Part shown: positions 25,007-38,709 of the stretch, piece by piece
How the letters are laid out: every line of letters starts with the position of its first letter
How positions within the stretch are numbered: the first letter of the stretch is position 1
The notes under the pieces: model-generated
The model's database searches: none
The model's input: only the letters and a program-made list of their open reading frames with translations
Told to the model about the DNA's origin: nothing
Translations under genes and position numbers: made by a program
Source of the DNA: Isurus oxyrinchus
Lineage: Eukaryota
Direction: 5' to 3'
NCBI GenBank assembly: GCA_026770705.1
Contig: JANJGN010000008.1
Span: 149,110,001 to 149,174,000 of the forward strand
Length of the DNA: 64,000 nucleotides

Positions 25007-26104
25007 GAGTCAATGGGAATCAGGGTGAAAACTCTCCACTTGTTGGAGTCATACCTAGCACAAAGGAAGATGGTTGTGGTTGTTGGAGGTCAGTCATCTC
25101 AGCTCCAGGACATCATTGCAGGAGTTCCTCAGGGTAGTGTCCTCAGCTCAGCCATCTTCAGCTGCTTCATCAATGGCCACCTTTCCATCATTAGGTCAGA
25201 AGTGGGGATGTTCGCTGATGATTGCACAATGTTCAGCATCATTCGCGACTCCTCAGATACTGAAGTAGTCCATGTCCAAATGCAGCAAGACCTGGACAAT
25301 ATCCAGGCTTGGGCTGACAAGTGGCAGGTAACATTTGCACCATCCAAGTGTCAGGCAATGACCATCTCCACAAGAGAGAATCCATTCCTCATCCCTTGAT
25401 GTTCAGTGGCATTACCATCACTGAATCCCCCACTATCAACATCCTGAGGGTTACCATTGATCAGAAACTGAAGTGGAATAGCCATATAAATACTGTGGCT
25501 GCAAGAGCAGGTCAGAGGCTGGGAATCCTGCGATGAGTAATGCACCTCCTGACTCCCCACAGCCTGTCCACCATCAACAAGACACAAGTTAGGAGTGTGA
25601 TGATATACTCTCCACTTGCCTGGATGAGTGCAGCTCCCACAACACTCAAGAAGCTTAACACCATCCAGGATAAAGCCTGCTTGATTGGCACCACATCCAC
25701 AAACATTCACTCCCTCCACCACCGATGCACAGTAGCAACAGTGTGTACCATCTACAAGGTGCACTGCAGGAATTCACTAAGGCTCATTCTATAGCACCTT
25801 CCAAATCCATGACCACTACCATCTAGAAGGACAAGGGCAGCAGATAGATGGGAACACCACCACCTGGAAGTTCCCCTCCAAGTCACTCATCATCCTGACT
25901 TGGAAATATATCGCCATTCCTTCACTGCTGCTGGGTCAAAATCTTGGAACTCCCTTCCTAACAGCACTGTGGGTGTACCTGCACCACAGGGACTGCAGCA
26001 GCTCAAGAAGGCAGCTAACCACTGCCTTCTCAAGGGCAACTAGGGATGGGCAATAAATGCTGGCCCAGCCAGCGAAGTCCACATCCTGTGAATGAATGAA
26101 AAAA
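25007..26104 (+). mobile_element. 5'-truncated copy of the same LINE family
   Basis: GVPQGSVL...MFADDCTMF in ORF 24992-25399; same 3' tail ending gaatgaatgaaaaaa. Confidence 0.92.
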
Positions 26105-27479
26105 GATACAGGAGGAGGCCATTCAACCCTGCTGTCTCTTTCATCCTCCAGATAGATCAGGGCAGAACTGTATTTTCACTCCATCTTATTCACCTTAGTT
26201 TCATAACCCCTAATACTCCTAGCCTTATCAACCTTAGTTTCGACATTTTTAATTCTCCTTTTTGGGAGAGAGGATTCCAAATTTCCACTAAATTTCCAGA
26301 TTTCAGTGAAGAAGTGCTTTCTGACATCACTCCTGAATGGCCTGGCTCTCAATTTAAGCTTCTGCCCCTTTGTTGCAGACTTGTCCACCAGAAGAAATAA
26401 TTTCTGCCTGTCTACTCTATCAACTCCTTTATGATTATTTAAAATGTCCTTATCTTAACTCCAGCTTCCATCAAGGGACTATATGCCTCGTTTAAGCACC
26501 ATCCTTGTAACTTAACTCCTTTAGCCCTGGTATCATTCTGGTAAATAATCTGCACTGCATTCCTTCGAAGGCCATTATATCCTTCCTGAGGTGTGGTGCC
26601 CAGAACTGCAGGTGTGCTCTAATCAGAGCTTTAAGCAACAATAATATAACTTCTGCCACTGCCTATTCCACTATCTATTCCAACCTTGTTGAGGTGAAGG
26701 CCAACATTCCATTTGCCTTGTTAATTACCTTGTTACAGTGATAGTTCCCTAGCTTCTCTCTGTACACCTTAATGACTTTATTTCCCAGCTCTCTCTCTTT
26801 TAAGCAGCTCAATTGAATTTATAACTGTGGCCTCCTCACGACACTTTTTTTTGTGATATTATTTTCCTGGGATTTGCTGTAAACTGACTGAGCTCGAATC
26901 CTTGTCCTGAGTTTTCTGTGTGAGAAGGGAAATAAAGAAAGATTTTCATTTGTATAAGTGCCTTTTACCATCATAGAACATCCCAAGGGGCTTTGCAGCC
27001 AATGAACTACTTTTGACTTGTCGTCATTGTTGTAGGAAAAATGGAGGAGCGCTCTTGCCCTTCTACCCTGTTCATTTCCTTCACTTTTCTTTGAACCTAT
27101 CCAAGTGATCACCCTTGCATGCAGGAAGCCTAACCTAAATTTACACAAACTCTCTTCATAACCCTTGTCCCCTCATTCCAGGTATAATCCTGGTGAATAC
27201 TCCTTGGACTCTCTCCAAGGCCTGCATAATTTTCCTAAGCTGGGATGCCAAACTGTGCATTTTAGTTCAAATAAGTTCTGACCCACATTCCATATAACTA
27301 CTTTTTCACATTCCAAGCCTCATGCATCCCACTATGTAATTCGGATCGCGTTTCACAATGACCAGCCTTTAATGGCCTAAGCGCCTTGAGCCCTAAATTC
27401 TTTTCTTCACTTTCTCCCAACTTCCAGCCTCACGTACTACCCCTCACTGTTACCTTAAACTGCATGTGCCATGATTCCA

Positions 27480-27676
27480 CAGGCCTGGCAGCGTCTGTGG
27501 AGGGAGAAATAGAGTTAAGGTTTCAGGTCTGTGACCTGTCCTTAGGACTGGTGAAAGGTCATCAACCTGAAACATTAACTCTTTTTCTGTCTCCACAGAT
27601 GCTGCTAGCTCTGCTGACGATTCGTAGTATTTTTTTTTCCAGATTTCAAGCATCTGCAATGTTTTGCTTTTGTATT
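27480..27676. mobile_element. Inverted pair (foldback) of Penelope-like pseudo-LTR modules
   Basis: Left arm gcgtctgtggagggagaaatagagttaa is the reverse complement of right arm ttaactctttttctgtctccacagatgc; the right arm has CTGGTGA...GAAA. Confidence 0.75.
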
Positions 27677-29779
27677 GCGACATTATCCAGATGCAGGCTT
27701 CAACTCTCCCGTCCACCATACAATTTAATTCCTAGATTAAGATCATCCGCAAGTGAATGTAATCACCTCTGTTCCCAGCTTCAGTGTATTTGTAATACCA
27801 AATGAAATTTAGGGACACCATTTGTCAATGGCTGATGATCACTTTGTTTTCCTTGAGTCTAATTGACGTGTGGGTTTTGTACAATCTGACACATGCTTGA
27901 GCTGATTGGCAGGTAGCTATATAATTGATGCAGCTCCATCTAATAGCGGGATTGTCCAAACACTTTGTCGTTATGAGCTGTACAGAGGCATTCTGTGAAT
28001 CTTAACGAGTGTGCTGGGGGATCCTGTATGCCAATTAGATGATGCGTGAAAGTTAATTTTATTAAATTCTAAATCCAGGGACCTAATTTGTTGGATGGTA
28101 GCAATTTTGCATATAGTTGCAAAGTGGACTTTAACTAGGATCCCCTTCAGCCAGAACTTGGTGTGGCTCCAGTCTTATTTCCATCTGTGTGTGTCATTAT
28201 AATTACTGTTCAAAAAGTAGGCTTCTATTTTCATATCTACATCACATTATCAGTTGTGCATGGGAATTAATAGCCTTTCTTGCTGGTTATTGCTATTGGA
28301 ATGGGAACCCAGATGATTATATTAAACTAATATTAGTCAGTTTTTCTTTTGTTCAAGTAAAAAAACTCAACAAAAATTCATTGTTCTTTCTCTTTGTGAA
28401 CTTGAATTGAGTCTGTGGTTTTCTCCATTAACTTGTTTAAAGTCAGGAATTTTCAGATTGAATGGTTTTGTTCTGCTATGGATGATGCTGCACTTTGCAA
28501 ACTTGCCTTTAGGTGGCACCATTGCTGCTCTGGTTCAGGTGAGAACGACCAGAACACACCTGGAAAGGTGGAGCTTTTTTTTCAAACTGGCAGCAGGTGC
28601 TGGCAGTCTGGGGCAATATATTACATATGGCAATATTACACAGTACTTGCAGCACAGAAACAGGCTATTCTGTCCTGCAGGTGTCTGCCAGTGTTTATGC
28701 TCCACATGAGCTTCCTCCCATCCCTCCCATCCATTCATTGTACTGCCTCAATATTCTTTTCATAACATGGAGCCAAATCTCCACTATTGAAAAGGAAACA
28801 TTTTCAGGGCTAAGGGGAAAGAGCAGAACTGAGCAGAGTTAATTGGCTAGCTGTACCAAAGAACCAGCACAAGTGATTTGGTCCTGCCTGTGTGCTCATG
28901 CCCCTCCAGGCACTGTGGCACTACAGAATCTATTTAATTTTAAAATCTATCAAACAGTGCATATTTCTGTGCAGGTTTGGAGGTGAGCCACCCAGGCAGA
29001 ATCCCAGTGTTAGGATTAGAAGGCAGATGTCCATGCAGTTTAATAGCCTGCTGGGAAAGCACAATTGCTATTGCTAATCTTCATGAGCCTACAATATATG
29101 CTTTAGTTAAGCTGTAAGCAGGGTTGTATCCTGATCCAGAGCAAATTAAATCTCTGGAGGATAAGAATGCTTTCACTTGGAATTAGTGTTAAATATAATG
29201 TAAAAAAAATGATTTGGAACATATCCTTTTCAAGGACAATTGTTCTTTCATTTGTGCCAGTGCAGAACAAGGTAACTTTGAGTGCATCAATCCCTATTCA
29301 TAGGAACAGGATGAGGCCATTCAACCCCTAGAACCTGTTCCACCATTCAATAAGACCATGGCAGAAGTGTCTGTACCTTAACTCCATCCGACTGCCTTTG
29401 CTCCATCTGCTTTTATACCCTTACCTAAAGTAGCTATTGATCTCTGATTTAAAGTGACTAATTGAGTCAGCGTCTACTGGTTATTGTGGGTGAAATGTTT
29501 CTTAAGTTCTCTGCTGAATGACTTCACTCTGATAAAGTTATGTCTCCATGTCCTAGGCTTCCTCAGCAGCCGCACTTTATTGGCTTGGATGAGTATTTTT
29601 ATGCAGTTCACTTTTTAAAACTCAGCAGATTCCATCACCTGTGCCTCAGTCAGAGAAATCTCAGACTACACAGATCAGCACATATCAGGCTCAAGAACCT
29701 TGTTGACCATGGAAATTGCAGCTTCAGACTTGCCACCTTCATTACAATCCGTATCATTTTACTCCTCTACACCTGCTTC

Positions 29780-29980
29780 CCCTCCTTTTTTCCCCATCCC
29801 ATTTGGCCCTGTCCCCTTCAGCACCCCCATTCACCTTCACCCCAACTCTTGCTGTCCCCCATCTCCTTCCTCTGTCTGCACTCTTCCCCCTACCCCGCTC
29901 AGACCTCATCCCCTCTCCCCCTACCCCACTCAGACCTCATCCGCTCTCCCACTACCCTGCTCGGACCTCGTCCCCTCATG
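29780..29980. repeat. C-rich low-complexity tract with a degenerate ~31-bp repeat (ctcagacctcatcc)
   Basis: Three spaced copies of (c/g)agacctc(a/g)tcc at about 29900-29975. Confidence 0.55.
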
Positions 29981-31383
29981 TCTGTTCATTGCTATCAGTT
30001 CCTCTCACTTATATTTTTTTCAGTGTTGACCAGTACCTGGCAAGGGTGCAGTCTTTATCACATGTCCACCTCTGCCCCGGTGATCTGCTCAAGCGCTGAC
30101 TTCCATTTTTAAACTCTTGCAGAAGGAGCTCGCTTCCTGTCCACAAACCTGGTGTCCTGTTATTGCAAAATTCTATTGTACTTTACTGTCACCGTTTCCC
30201 GTTTGGTTTTACACTGGCCACTGCCCCAGTTTAATACTGCTCAGTGGCTTTGGAAGGGGCTGCTGAAGCCTTTCTATTTTATTTTTATATATGCTCATGG
30301 GCAATGCAATTTATTCGCAAGTCAAATAACTCAGTAACAGGAGTTTGCAAACTGCGGAGTGATGTTTGGCACTACTCTGGCCGACTTGATAAATTGTGCC
30401 CTCCGTCCTGTCTCTCATTCTTGGCAATGATATATGAAATGTGCTGGTGATTGACATCATTAACCTGGTTTGAAATTGCTCTGCTGCATCAATAGCAATT
30501 TGCATTTATATAGCACCTTTTATAAAGTAAAATAACTCCAGGCACTCAAGAGGGCCGCCATCAGACCATATTTGACACTGAACCACATAAGGGGATTTTA
30601 GGACTGGTGACCAAAAGCTTGGACATATAGGCAAGTTTTAAAGCAGCATTGCAAAAGTTGAGAGCGGAAATGGAGGTGGTTAGAGAGGAAAGGATAGTGC
30701 AGAATGTGAACAGTGATTCAATTCAGTCATGAGGTGAAAATACCTTTTTGCTCTGATATGTGACTGTGATAATATTGTTCCCAGTAAGGAAAGTGTAATG
30801 CAACACTATCATTAACATTGATGTTAATTGGAGCCCATTGGCACTGGCTCATGACATTGTTTGTCCTGGAAAATCTAGATATTTTTTCCTTTTATGTGGT
30901 TTACCTCTCAGCAGGGAGTAGATTAAATTTCTGAGGGATTTGCCCGTCATAGGCTAGCCTTTCTGTGAAGCAAAGAGGAGTTGCATGCTGCTGAGATGTG
31001 AACTGCCAGACTGCCCCTTTAAGTGCACTACCAGTGCTGCCTGGCTTTATCCATGAAAAGTTAATGGAATTCTGCTGTATAATTCAAATCCTCTTGTCGA
31101 CCAGTTGGGCAGTGGATGACAGATGCATTCAGCATTGATAGCTCAGTCCGTCATTACTGGCTCCCCTCACTCCCTCATCACTGACCTGGCAGCTCAGATC
31201 AAAGCTCGATGTGCTGTATGAATTAGTCCATCTAGTTCATGTGAATACAAATCTATCTAACTTCACCTTGAGAAGCAGAAAGCGGTCTTATTGTCAAACA
31301 ATGAATGATATAGATATAAAATGCTTTATCATCGCCTCTGAATGTTGCACACTCAATAGATTACTTTTGAAATACAGGCACTG

Positions 31384-31545
31384 CTTTCCCTCTCTCTCTC
31401 CGCCTCTCTCTCTCTTTCCACCTCGCTCCATCCCCCCCAGCCCCCACGCTCCAACTCCACCCCCCACCCCCACCCACCCCCTCCCTGGGCCCTTTCCCCC
31501 GGATACCCTCCCTCTCTCTCCCACCTTCTTTCTCTCTCGCGCTGT
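31384..31545. repeat. Polypyrimidine/C-run tract; G-quadruplex-capable on the minus strand
   Basis: Multiple C3-C7 runs with short spacers. Confidence 0.6.
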
Positions 31546-32649
31546 CCAATATTTTACTTGCCTCATCCAGCAAGCCTGCTTGTAATATCGCATCTAGTAG
31601 GTGATGCAACTATAGTCTCCATTATAGATTGTGTACATTATCAAAGGGAGCACTATCATTACAATTCCCCTGTAGGGATATCTCTTTCTAATTGGTCAAT
31701 CAACCTCTAGCCCTTCTAAAGCCATTTTGCTTGTTATATATTAGATATCTTTCATACAAATCCTGGAATTTTCAGTTGTTGAGGTCAAGGCTGATGAGCT
31801 TATAGTTGTTTGATGTGACGTCATCACCTTTGAATATGGGGACAGTTTTAAATGATCTAATTTGTCCCAGGGTTTCTCCATCTGTTCTTTACAAAATTGC
31901 TCTCTAGCCTTTTCAGCAGCCTTGAGGGGTATATTTATGTGACTGGATTTATTGGTTTTTAGCCCCATCATCTTGTCTGGAGCCTATGTTCCACTGTTTA
32001 TCAAACCTTAGTAAGTGTTTAATGACTTCGGTATATGGTTAGTGTTCTGCTTGGCCGTAAAAGCTCCAAGAATTTGTCATGTAGCATGTTAAGAACCTCC
32101 TGTTCACCCTTTTGCTTAGCTCCATAAACTTAGGGTTTTAGCTCCTTGCCTGATTAACCACTCGCTCCTATAGTTTTTGAAGAATTTTTTGTCCTTTTTT
32201 AGCATTTGCTGCTTGGCTGTTTGCCAGTCTCCCTTGATATCCTGGAGTAATGGACAGTTCTGGGCACCATACCTTAAAAATCTTGATCAGCACCCCATTA
32301 AACATTTGCTCCCTTCACCACCAACGCACAGTGCAGTGTGTACCATCTACAAGATGCACTGCAGCAACTCACCAAAGCTTCTTCGACAGCACCTTCCAAA
32401 CTCATGACCTCTACCGCCTAGAAAGACAAGGGCCGCAGATGAACGAACACCCGCAAGTTCCCCTCCAAGTCGCACACCGTCTTGAGTTGGAACTGCATCA
32501 TTGTCCCTACACTGTCGCTGGGCCAAAATAGTGGAGCAAACTCCTGAACAGCACTGTGGATGTATCCTCTCAATGCATTTAGGGATGGGGAGAATACTGG
32601 CCTTGCCAGTAATGCTCACACCCAAGGACAGATTTTTTTTTTATTTAGC

Positions 32650-33710
32650 CTTGGATGGAGTGCATCACAGATTTACTAGTATGATATTTTAATTCCAAAG
32701 GTTAAATTATGGGGAGATTTTATTCCCTTGAATATAGAAGGTTAAAGGAGTGATTTGATTGAAGTTTTCAAAATTAAGAAGAACAGAATGGGTAGATAGA
32801 GATAAACTATTTCCCCTTGTTGTGGAGTCTAGGACTAGAGGGCATAGCCTAAAAATTAGAACCATATCTTTCAGAATTGAAATTAGGAAACACTTCCACA
32901 TGCAAAGGGTGTTATACAAAGCTATTAAGGGGTATCATACTTGAAGGTAGCGGGACATATTGAGAGAATAGTTGGCCAAACAAATGGGATCTTGGACTTC
33001 ATAAATAGAGGTATTAAATACAAAAGTAATGAAATTTTGTTGAATCTTTATAAAGATCTGGTTAAGGCCACAGCTGGAATATTGTGTCCAGTTCTACTCA
33101 CTCAAGAACGTGAAGGTCCTTGAGAGATTGCAGAGGAGATTTGCCAGAATGGTTCCGGGGTAGGGGATTTTAGCTACAAGCTTAGGCTCGAGAAGTTGGG
33201 GCTGTCTCTTTGTAGCAAAGGAGATTGAGGGGAGATTTGATAGAGGTGCACATAATTGATAGATTTCGATAAGGTAGACAAAGAAAAGCTGTTCCCATTA
33301 GCTGATTATACAAAGATTGGGGACCCAGATTTAAAAGTTTTGGGCAAGAGAAGCAAGGGATGTGAGGAAGAACTTTTTATTTAGCTAGTGGTAATGACCT
33401 GGAACTCGCTGCCTACAAGGGTGATGAAAGCAGAGATGATGAATGGTTTCAGAAGGAAGTTGGATGGGCACTGTAGGGAAATAAGCTTGCAGGGCTACAG
33501 GGTTAAAGCAGGGAAATAGGGCTGACTGGATTGTTCTATACACAGCCTGCACGCACTCAATGGCTTGAATGGCATCCTCCTGTGCCATAATGACTCTACA
33601 ACTCTCTGGTGCAAGGTTGTTTTATGGAGTTAAGTCACATATCAGCCATGATCTCATTGAAGGGCTGAACAGGCTTGAAGGGCTAAATGGCCTCCTCCTA
33701 TTCCTGTGTT
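32650..33710 (+). mobile_element. Cluster of decayed CR1 3' fragments
   Basis: VDRDKLFPLVVESRTRGHSLKI and FINRGIKYKSNEILLNLYK peptides. Confidence 0.75.
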
Positions 33711-35031
33711 CCTACCCTGAATCTTTTTACACCTGTACAAACTTATATTCTGTCAAGAGGTCACTCTGTCCCTTCTCCATCACAACTTTTTTCCAATAAA
33801 ACGCCCTAATGATCCCTTTTTAATTTTTCTGTGTTTCTTTTTAAACTTTTCAATCCATCTTGGGAATTAGCTGAGAAGAACAAAGTGGTAACTCAATTGT
33901 AATTAAATATAGTCTAAAAGACTAGGAAACATATGTGCCTTCTCCCTCTTTCTCAGTTCAAGGCTTCATGGATGTATAAATGAAACAAGAAAAATGACAA
34001 ATACATTTTGAAAGAAGTTGCAGTGGATAATGACTGTTATAGTAAAGCATCAGGCAGGAACCATTCAAATGCAATGTTTTGCCTGCACTGCATATTCTAA
34101 TAGTTTTGCCTTGGAAATTATTGGAATAAAGCAGTAATAACTGTCGATGTGACAAGATTGTATGGACGGACTGGAAGAATATGAAGAGATTGCCTTTTAT
34201 CTTGGATCTAATCCCATTTTTCAGAAACTCTTCAAAGTGACCTGTGCACAAGTGCAATTATTACACATTCCAAGCATTAGAGGGTTAAACTCCACTAATT
34301 TCAACCTTGTTTAATCTACTTTGGATATGGGTTCCTGGTCTGACAATGCCATGATTTTAAAATCCTCAACCTTGTTTTCAAATCCCTCCATGGCCTCGCC
34401 CCTCTCTATTTCTGTAACCTTCTCCAGCCCAGTAACCCTTCATGATCTCTGAATCCCTCCAATTCTGACCTCTTGTGCATCCCCAATTTTCATTGCTCCA
34501 CTCTTGGTGGCCATACCTTCAGCTACCATGGTCTCAAGCTCTGGTATTCTAGAGAGGAAGATGGTAGTGTAGTGTAATGTCACTGGATTAGTAATCCAGA
34601 GGCCCAAACTAATTCTCTGGGAGCATGGGTTCAAATCCCACCACAGCAGCTAGTGGTATTTAAATTCACTCACTAAATCTGAATATAAAGTTAGTCTCAG
34701 TAATAATGACCATGAAACTATCATTGATTGTCATGAAAATCTATCCAGTTCACTAATGTCCTTTAGGGAAGAAAACCTGCCATCCTTACCTAGTCTGTCC
34801 TGCTTGTGACTCCAGACCCACAGCAATGTGGTTGACTCTGAACTGCCATCTGAAATGAACCTCTCAGTTCATGTTCCACTTTGCCCTTGTGAAGGTAGCT
34901 GGAAAATACTTGAAATTTTCATGAACACTCTGTGATGTAGAAATGATTCAATCATTGGTGCATGTATTCGTTTGAAGATTTTCAGATGCAGTACTTTAAC
35001 TACTCTGCTTTCTCTCTCTTTCTTTTCCCAG

Positions 35032-35080
35032 CTCTTCTGTGTCAACATCTGATGCAGAGATTGGGAGTCAGATCAAGCCG
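35032..35080 (+). CDS. NUP214: NUP214 short coding exon, SSVSTSDAEIGSQIKP; phase 2 to 0
   Basis: Long polypyrimidine tract with cccAG, donor GTaagg; phases fit; SSV start as in the human exon. Confidence 0.8.
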
Positions 35081-35639
35081 GTAAGGTTATGCCATGTTTT
35101 CGGATCTAACAATATGCAGCCTGGTTGTGGAAACTCATCTGTGTTAGTTTGCATTTTGTGACATGGATGGGGTGGGAAGGCGGGTGTGGAGAGTGGTTCA
35201 GACACACAACATTAGGAGTGGGCTGGGACCTAATAATGTGTGGGTTTGAGGAGAGCCATCAGCTTAAGGTGGAAGTCATCGGAGAATGTCATTCGTTCAT
35301 TCGGATGTGCTATTGCTACACAGTAAATTTTAGTTCAAAGGAAGGCTGAAAGGTGGCAAAAATCTTTGAATAAAAAAAACTGTTAAAGGGGAAAAGGACA
35401 TTATTAGTTGAGAAAGCAGGTGTGGCCTTTTTGGAAATCTCTTTCTTGAAGCTGTATCCAGTGACTGACAACTGAGAACTGCTCGCTTGAAGGGAAATCC
35501 TATCTAGCTTCTACTTAGGAGCATAGCAGGAATGAATACCCACCTTCTCCCCATTGTTCCCCCACCACCCCCAAACCCCCCAAACAAATAAGGCATCCAT
35601 GATATACACTGCATTCAAATATATTGATCAGTGTATGTA

Positions 35640-36290
35640 TTAAGGAAGATCATGGCTGATCTGATTGTAACCTCAACTTCACATTCCCACCTACCCCCGA
35701 TAACCCTTCACCCCCTTGCTTATCAAGAGTCTATCTAGCTCTGCCTTAAAAATATCCAAAGATTTTGCTTTCACTGCCTTTTGAGGAATGGAGTTCTAAA
35801 GACTCACTACCCTTTGAGAGAAAAAAATTCTCCTCATCTGTCTTAAATGGGTGACCCCTTTTTTTTAAACTGTTCTAGATTTTCCCGCAAGAGGAAACAT
35901 TCTTTTCACATCCACCAAGTCAAGATCTCTTATATGTATCAATCAGGTTGCCTCTTACCCTTCTAAACTTCAGCAGACAAAAGTCTAGCCTTCCAACTTC
36001 TCCTCATAAGACAACCCTCCCATTCCAGGTATTAGTCTAGTAAACCTTCTCTGAACTGCTTCCAATGCATTGACACCCTTCCTTAAATAAGCAGACCAGT
36101 ACTGTACACAGTACTCCAGATGCGATCTCAACAATATCCTATATAACTGAAGCATAGCTCTCTGCTTTTATATTCAATTGCCCTCGCAATAAGCGATAAC
36201 ATTCTATTAGCTTTCCTAATTACTTGCTGTACCTGCATGCTAACCTTTTGTGATTCATGCACTTGGACACCCAGATCTCTCTGCATCTGC
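35640..36290 (-). mobile_element. Decayed CR1 LINE 3' fragment
   Basis: ccagtactgtacacagtactccagatg... CR1-type sequence plus 3' UTR. Confidence 0.7.
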
Positions 36291-36544
36291 AATAAAAAAT
36301 GGTTTGGGACACTGGGCGTTGATTAGTTATATTCAGTTAATTAGATTTTTAAAAAAATGATGACCAACTGCTGTTGGCCCAATGCATCGGTACAGATGTT
36401 TTTAAGCAAAAACCTTATGCACTTGACTTAGAGGGTGAGGTGAGGCAATGTGTAAATTCACTCGTTATTATTTCACAGACAGCATCAGTTGTTAAAGGAA
36501 GTGTGCCATGACTTGCTAAATTGAATGTGTGCTCAATGTCACAG

Positions 36545-36650
36545 GGACCTCTGAAAGGACTGCCCACATTGGGACTGACTGCAACCGGATCAACTCTGTC
36601 AGAATCCTCCTCTTCATCTGTATCAAGTTTTGCCTTCCCTCCCCCAACAG
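36545..36650 (+). CDS. NUP214: NUP214 coding exon, GPLKGLPTLGLTATGSTLSESSSSSVSSFAFPPPT; phase 0 to 1
   Basis: cacAG acceptor and GTaagg donor; S/T-rich peptide; phases fit. Confidence 0.8.
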
Positions 36651-38709
36651 GTAAGGGATGCAGGATTTACTATGAGGCTCTAGGATCTCAGGTGAATTTA
36701 TTGTTACCAGGGAAAGATGCTTATACTAAATGTTTGGGAACTTTGCTAAGAGTGAGGCGAAATGGGAACTTGAGAAAGACTAATCTACAAATGACAAAGT
36801 GGTAACTGAACTGAAACATGACAAAGCTCCCTAATGTGCAGTCATGAGGTTGTAGCTGTAATCTGAATAGGCTTTATGAGCACACTTAAATACTAACCTA
36901 TGAATTAGGAGCAGGAGTAGGCCAATTATCACAGTTAAGTGTGTACTGTGGTATTGCAGCTTGCAGAAGAGTAACTATTTGAGTTTGTAATTGTGAGCAA
37001 ATGTACTGAAGTTTTAATGCAGGGGGGTCCAAACTCTCTCCTAGGTCATAAGCAGAGCCCAGGCAATTGGGGTGTTATAGAACCTTCAAGCACAGAGAGC
37101 CCAATCTGCTTGAGCTGGCACTTTGAAAAGGTTTTCCATTTATTCCCACTCCCCCTCAGCTCTTCTCCCCACGGTCTTGAAAAATCTTTCTTTTCAAATA
37201 TTTATGCAACTCCCTTTTGAAAGTTACTCTTGAATTTGCTTCCACTGCCTTTTCAGGCAGGGTGTTCCAGGTCATCATAAATCACTTTGTTAAAATATAA
37301 TTCTCATCTTCCTCTGGTTCTTTTGTCAATTATCTTAAATCTGTGTTTTCTGGTTGCCAGCCCTCTCACCAGTGGAAACAAATTCTCATTATTTACTCTA
37401 TAAATATCCTTCATAATTTTGAACACCCCTATCAAATCTCCCCTTAACCTTCTCTGCTAGAAGGAGAACAATCCCGGTTTCTGCAATCTCTCCACGTAAC
37501 TGTACTCCCTCATGCCTGGTTCTAGTAAATCTCTGCAGCCTCTCCAGTGCCTTTCTATACTGTGGTGCCCAGAATTGGGTACAATACTCCAGCTGAGATT
37601 TATAAAGCTTTAGCATAACTTCCTTGCTTTTGTACATTATGCTTCTTTTTATGCTTTATCCTTGAAGTTTTCTTTGTTTTCTCATTCTCCCTTAATCATG
37701 GGGTGATGTCATAGGGCTAGTAATCCAGAGGCCCAGGTTAATGCTGTGGGGGCATGGGTTCAAATTCCTTGTCACATGACCACATTGGCACCCCCTGCCT
37801 GTGTGTGTTTGCGTGTGTGTGCCACGAGGCTTGTGGAATTTGAATTCAATTAATAAATCTGGAATATAAAGCTAGCCTCGGTAATGGTGACTATGACAAC
37901 TATCATCAATTGTTGTAAAAAACTCATAAGGAATGAAATCTGCCTCCTTACCCAGTCTGATGTACATGTCACTCCAGATCCACAGCAATGTGGTTGACTC
38001 TTAACTGCCCTCTGCAATGTTCTAGCAAGCTGTTCAATTAAAGGACAGTTAGGGATGGCCAACTAATGTTGGCCTTGCCAGCGAGGCCCGCATACCATGG
38101 AAGAATAAAGAAAAAAAATGTGTCATTTCACACTTTTGTGTTAAATTATGTCTTCTTTCTGAACATGTGTATGTTCATTTCACCACTCAGCCTTTGTCCT
38201 CCTCAAAGCTCGGACCTATTTGTATTTATTTCTGATTTGCAGTTTGCCCTGGTTGAATTGTATGGTCCTGGAGGTCGGCCCAGGATTATTATTAAGCATG
38301 CAGAGGATTTCCTGGGAATGCCATTAACATGATTGATTTTATTTATCTTTTAATTTGCTGAATGGAGCTGACTGCACAAAAGTGGAATGCCACAGTTCTG
38401 AATCAGCCCATATGTGGAACTATATATAATATATGTATGGAGATTTGCTGCAAATCTTGGTGTCTTTTATTCAACCCAAGCCCTCACTTGCCTGTTTGGT
38501 GGTACAGATGTCTGTGTAAAGATATGCAGCATTTGAAGAGCAGGATGTTTGCCAAGTGCGTGCTCTCAATCATCACTGACAAAAACAGTTAATTTGCCTA
38601 TGGCTGTCTGGGACGCTGCTTTTAAAGAACAGTTGCCCCATTTATTTACAAAACAGTATCCCACCTGGTCCCGGATCACTGCTTTCTCATTATAAAGAAA
38701 GTAGGCTTT

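Noticed and set aside
29540-30112. Overlapping Pro/Ser/Leu-rich ORFs (190, 109 and 127 aa) as an extra exon or gene
   Set aside because: They arise from a C-rich low-complexity tract lacking stop codons; there is no homology, and the exon chain closes in phase without them.
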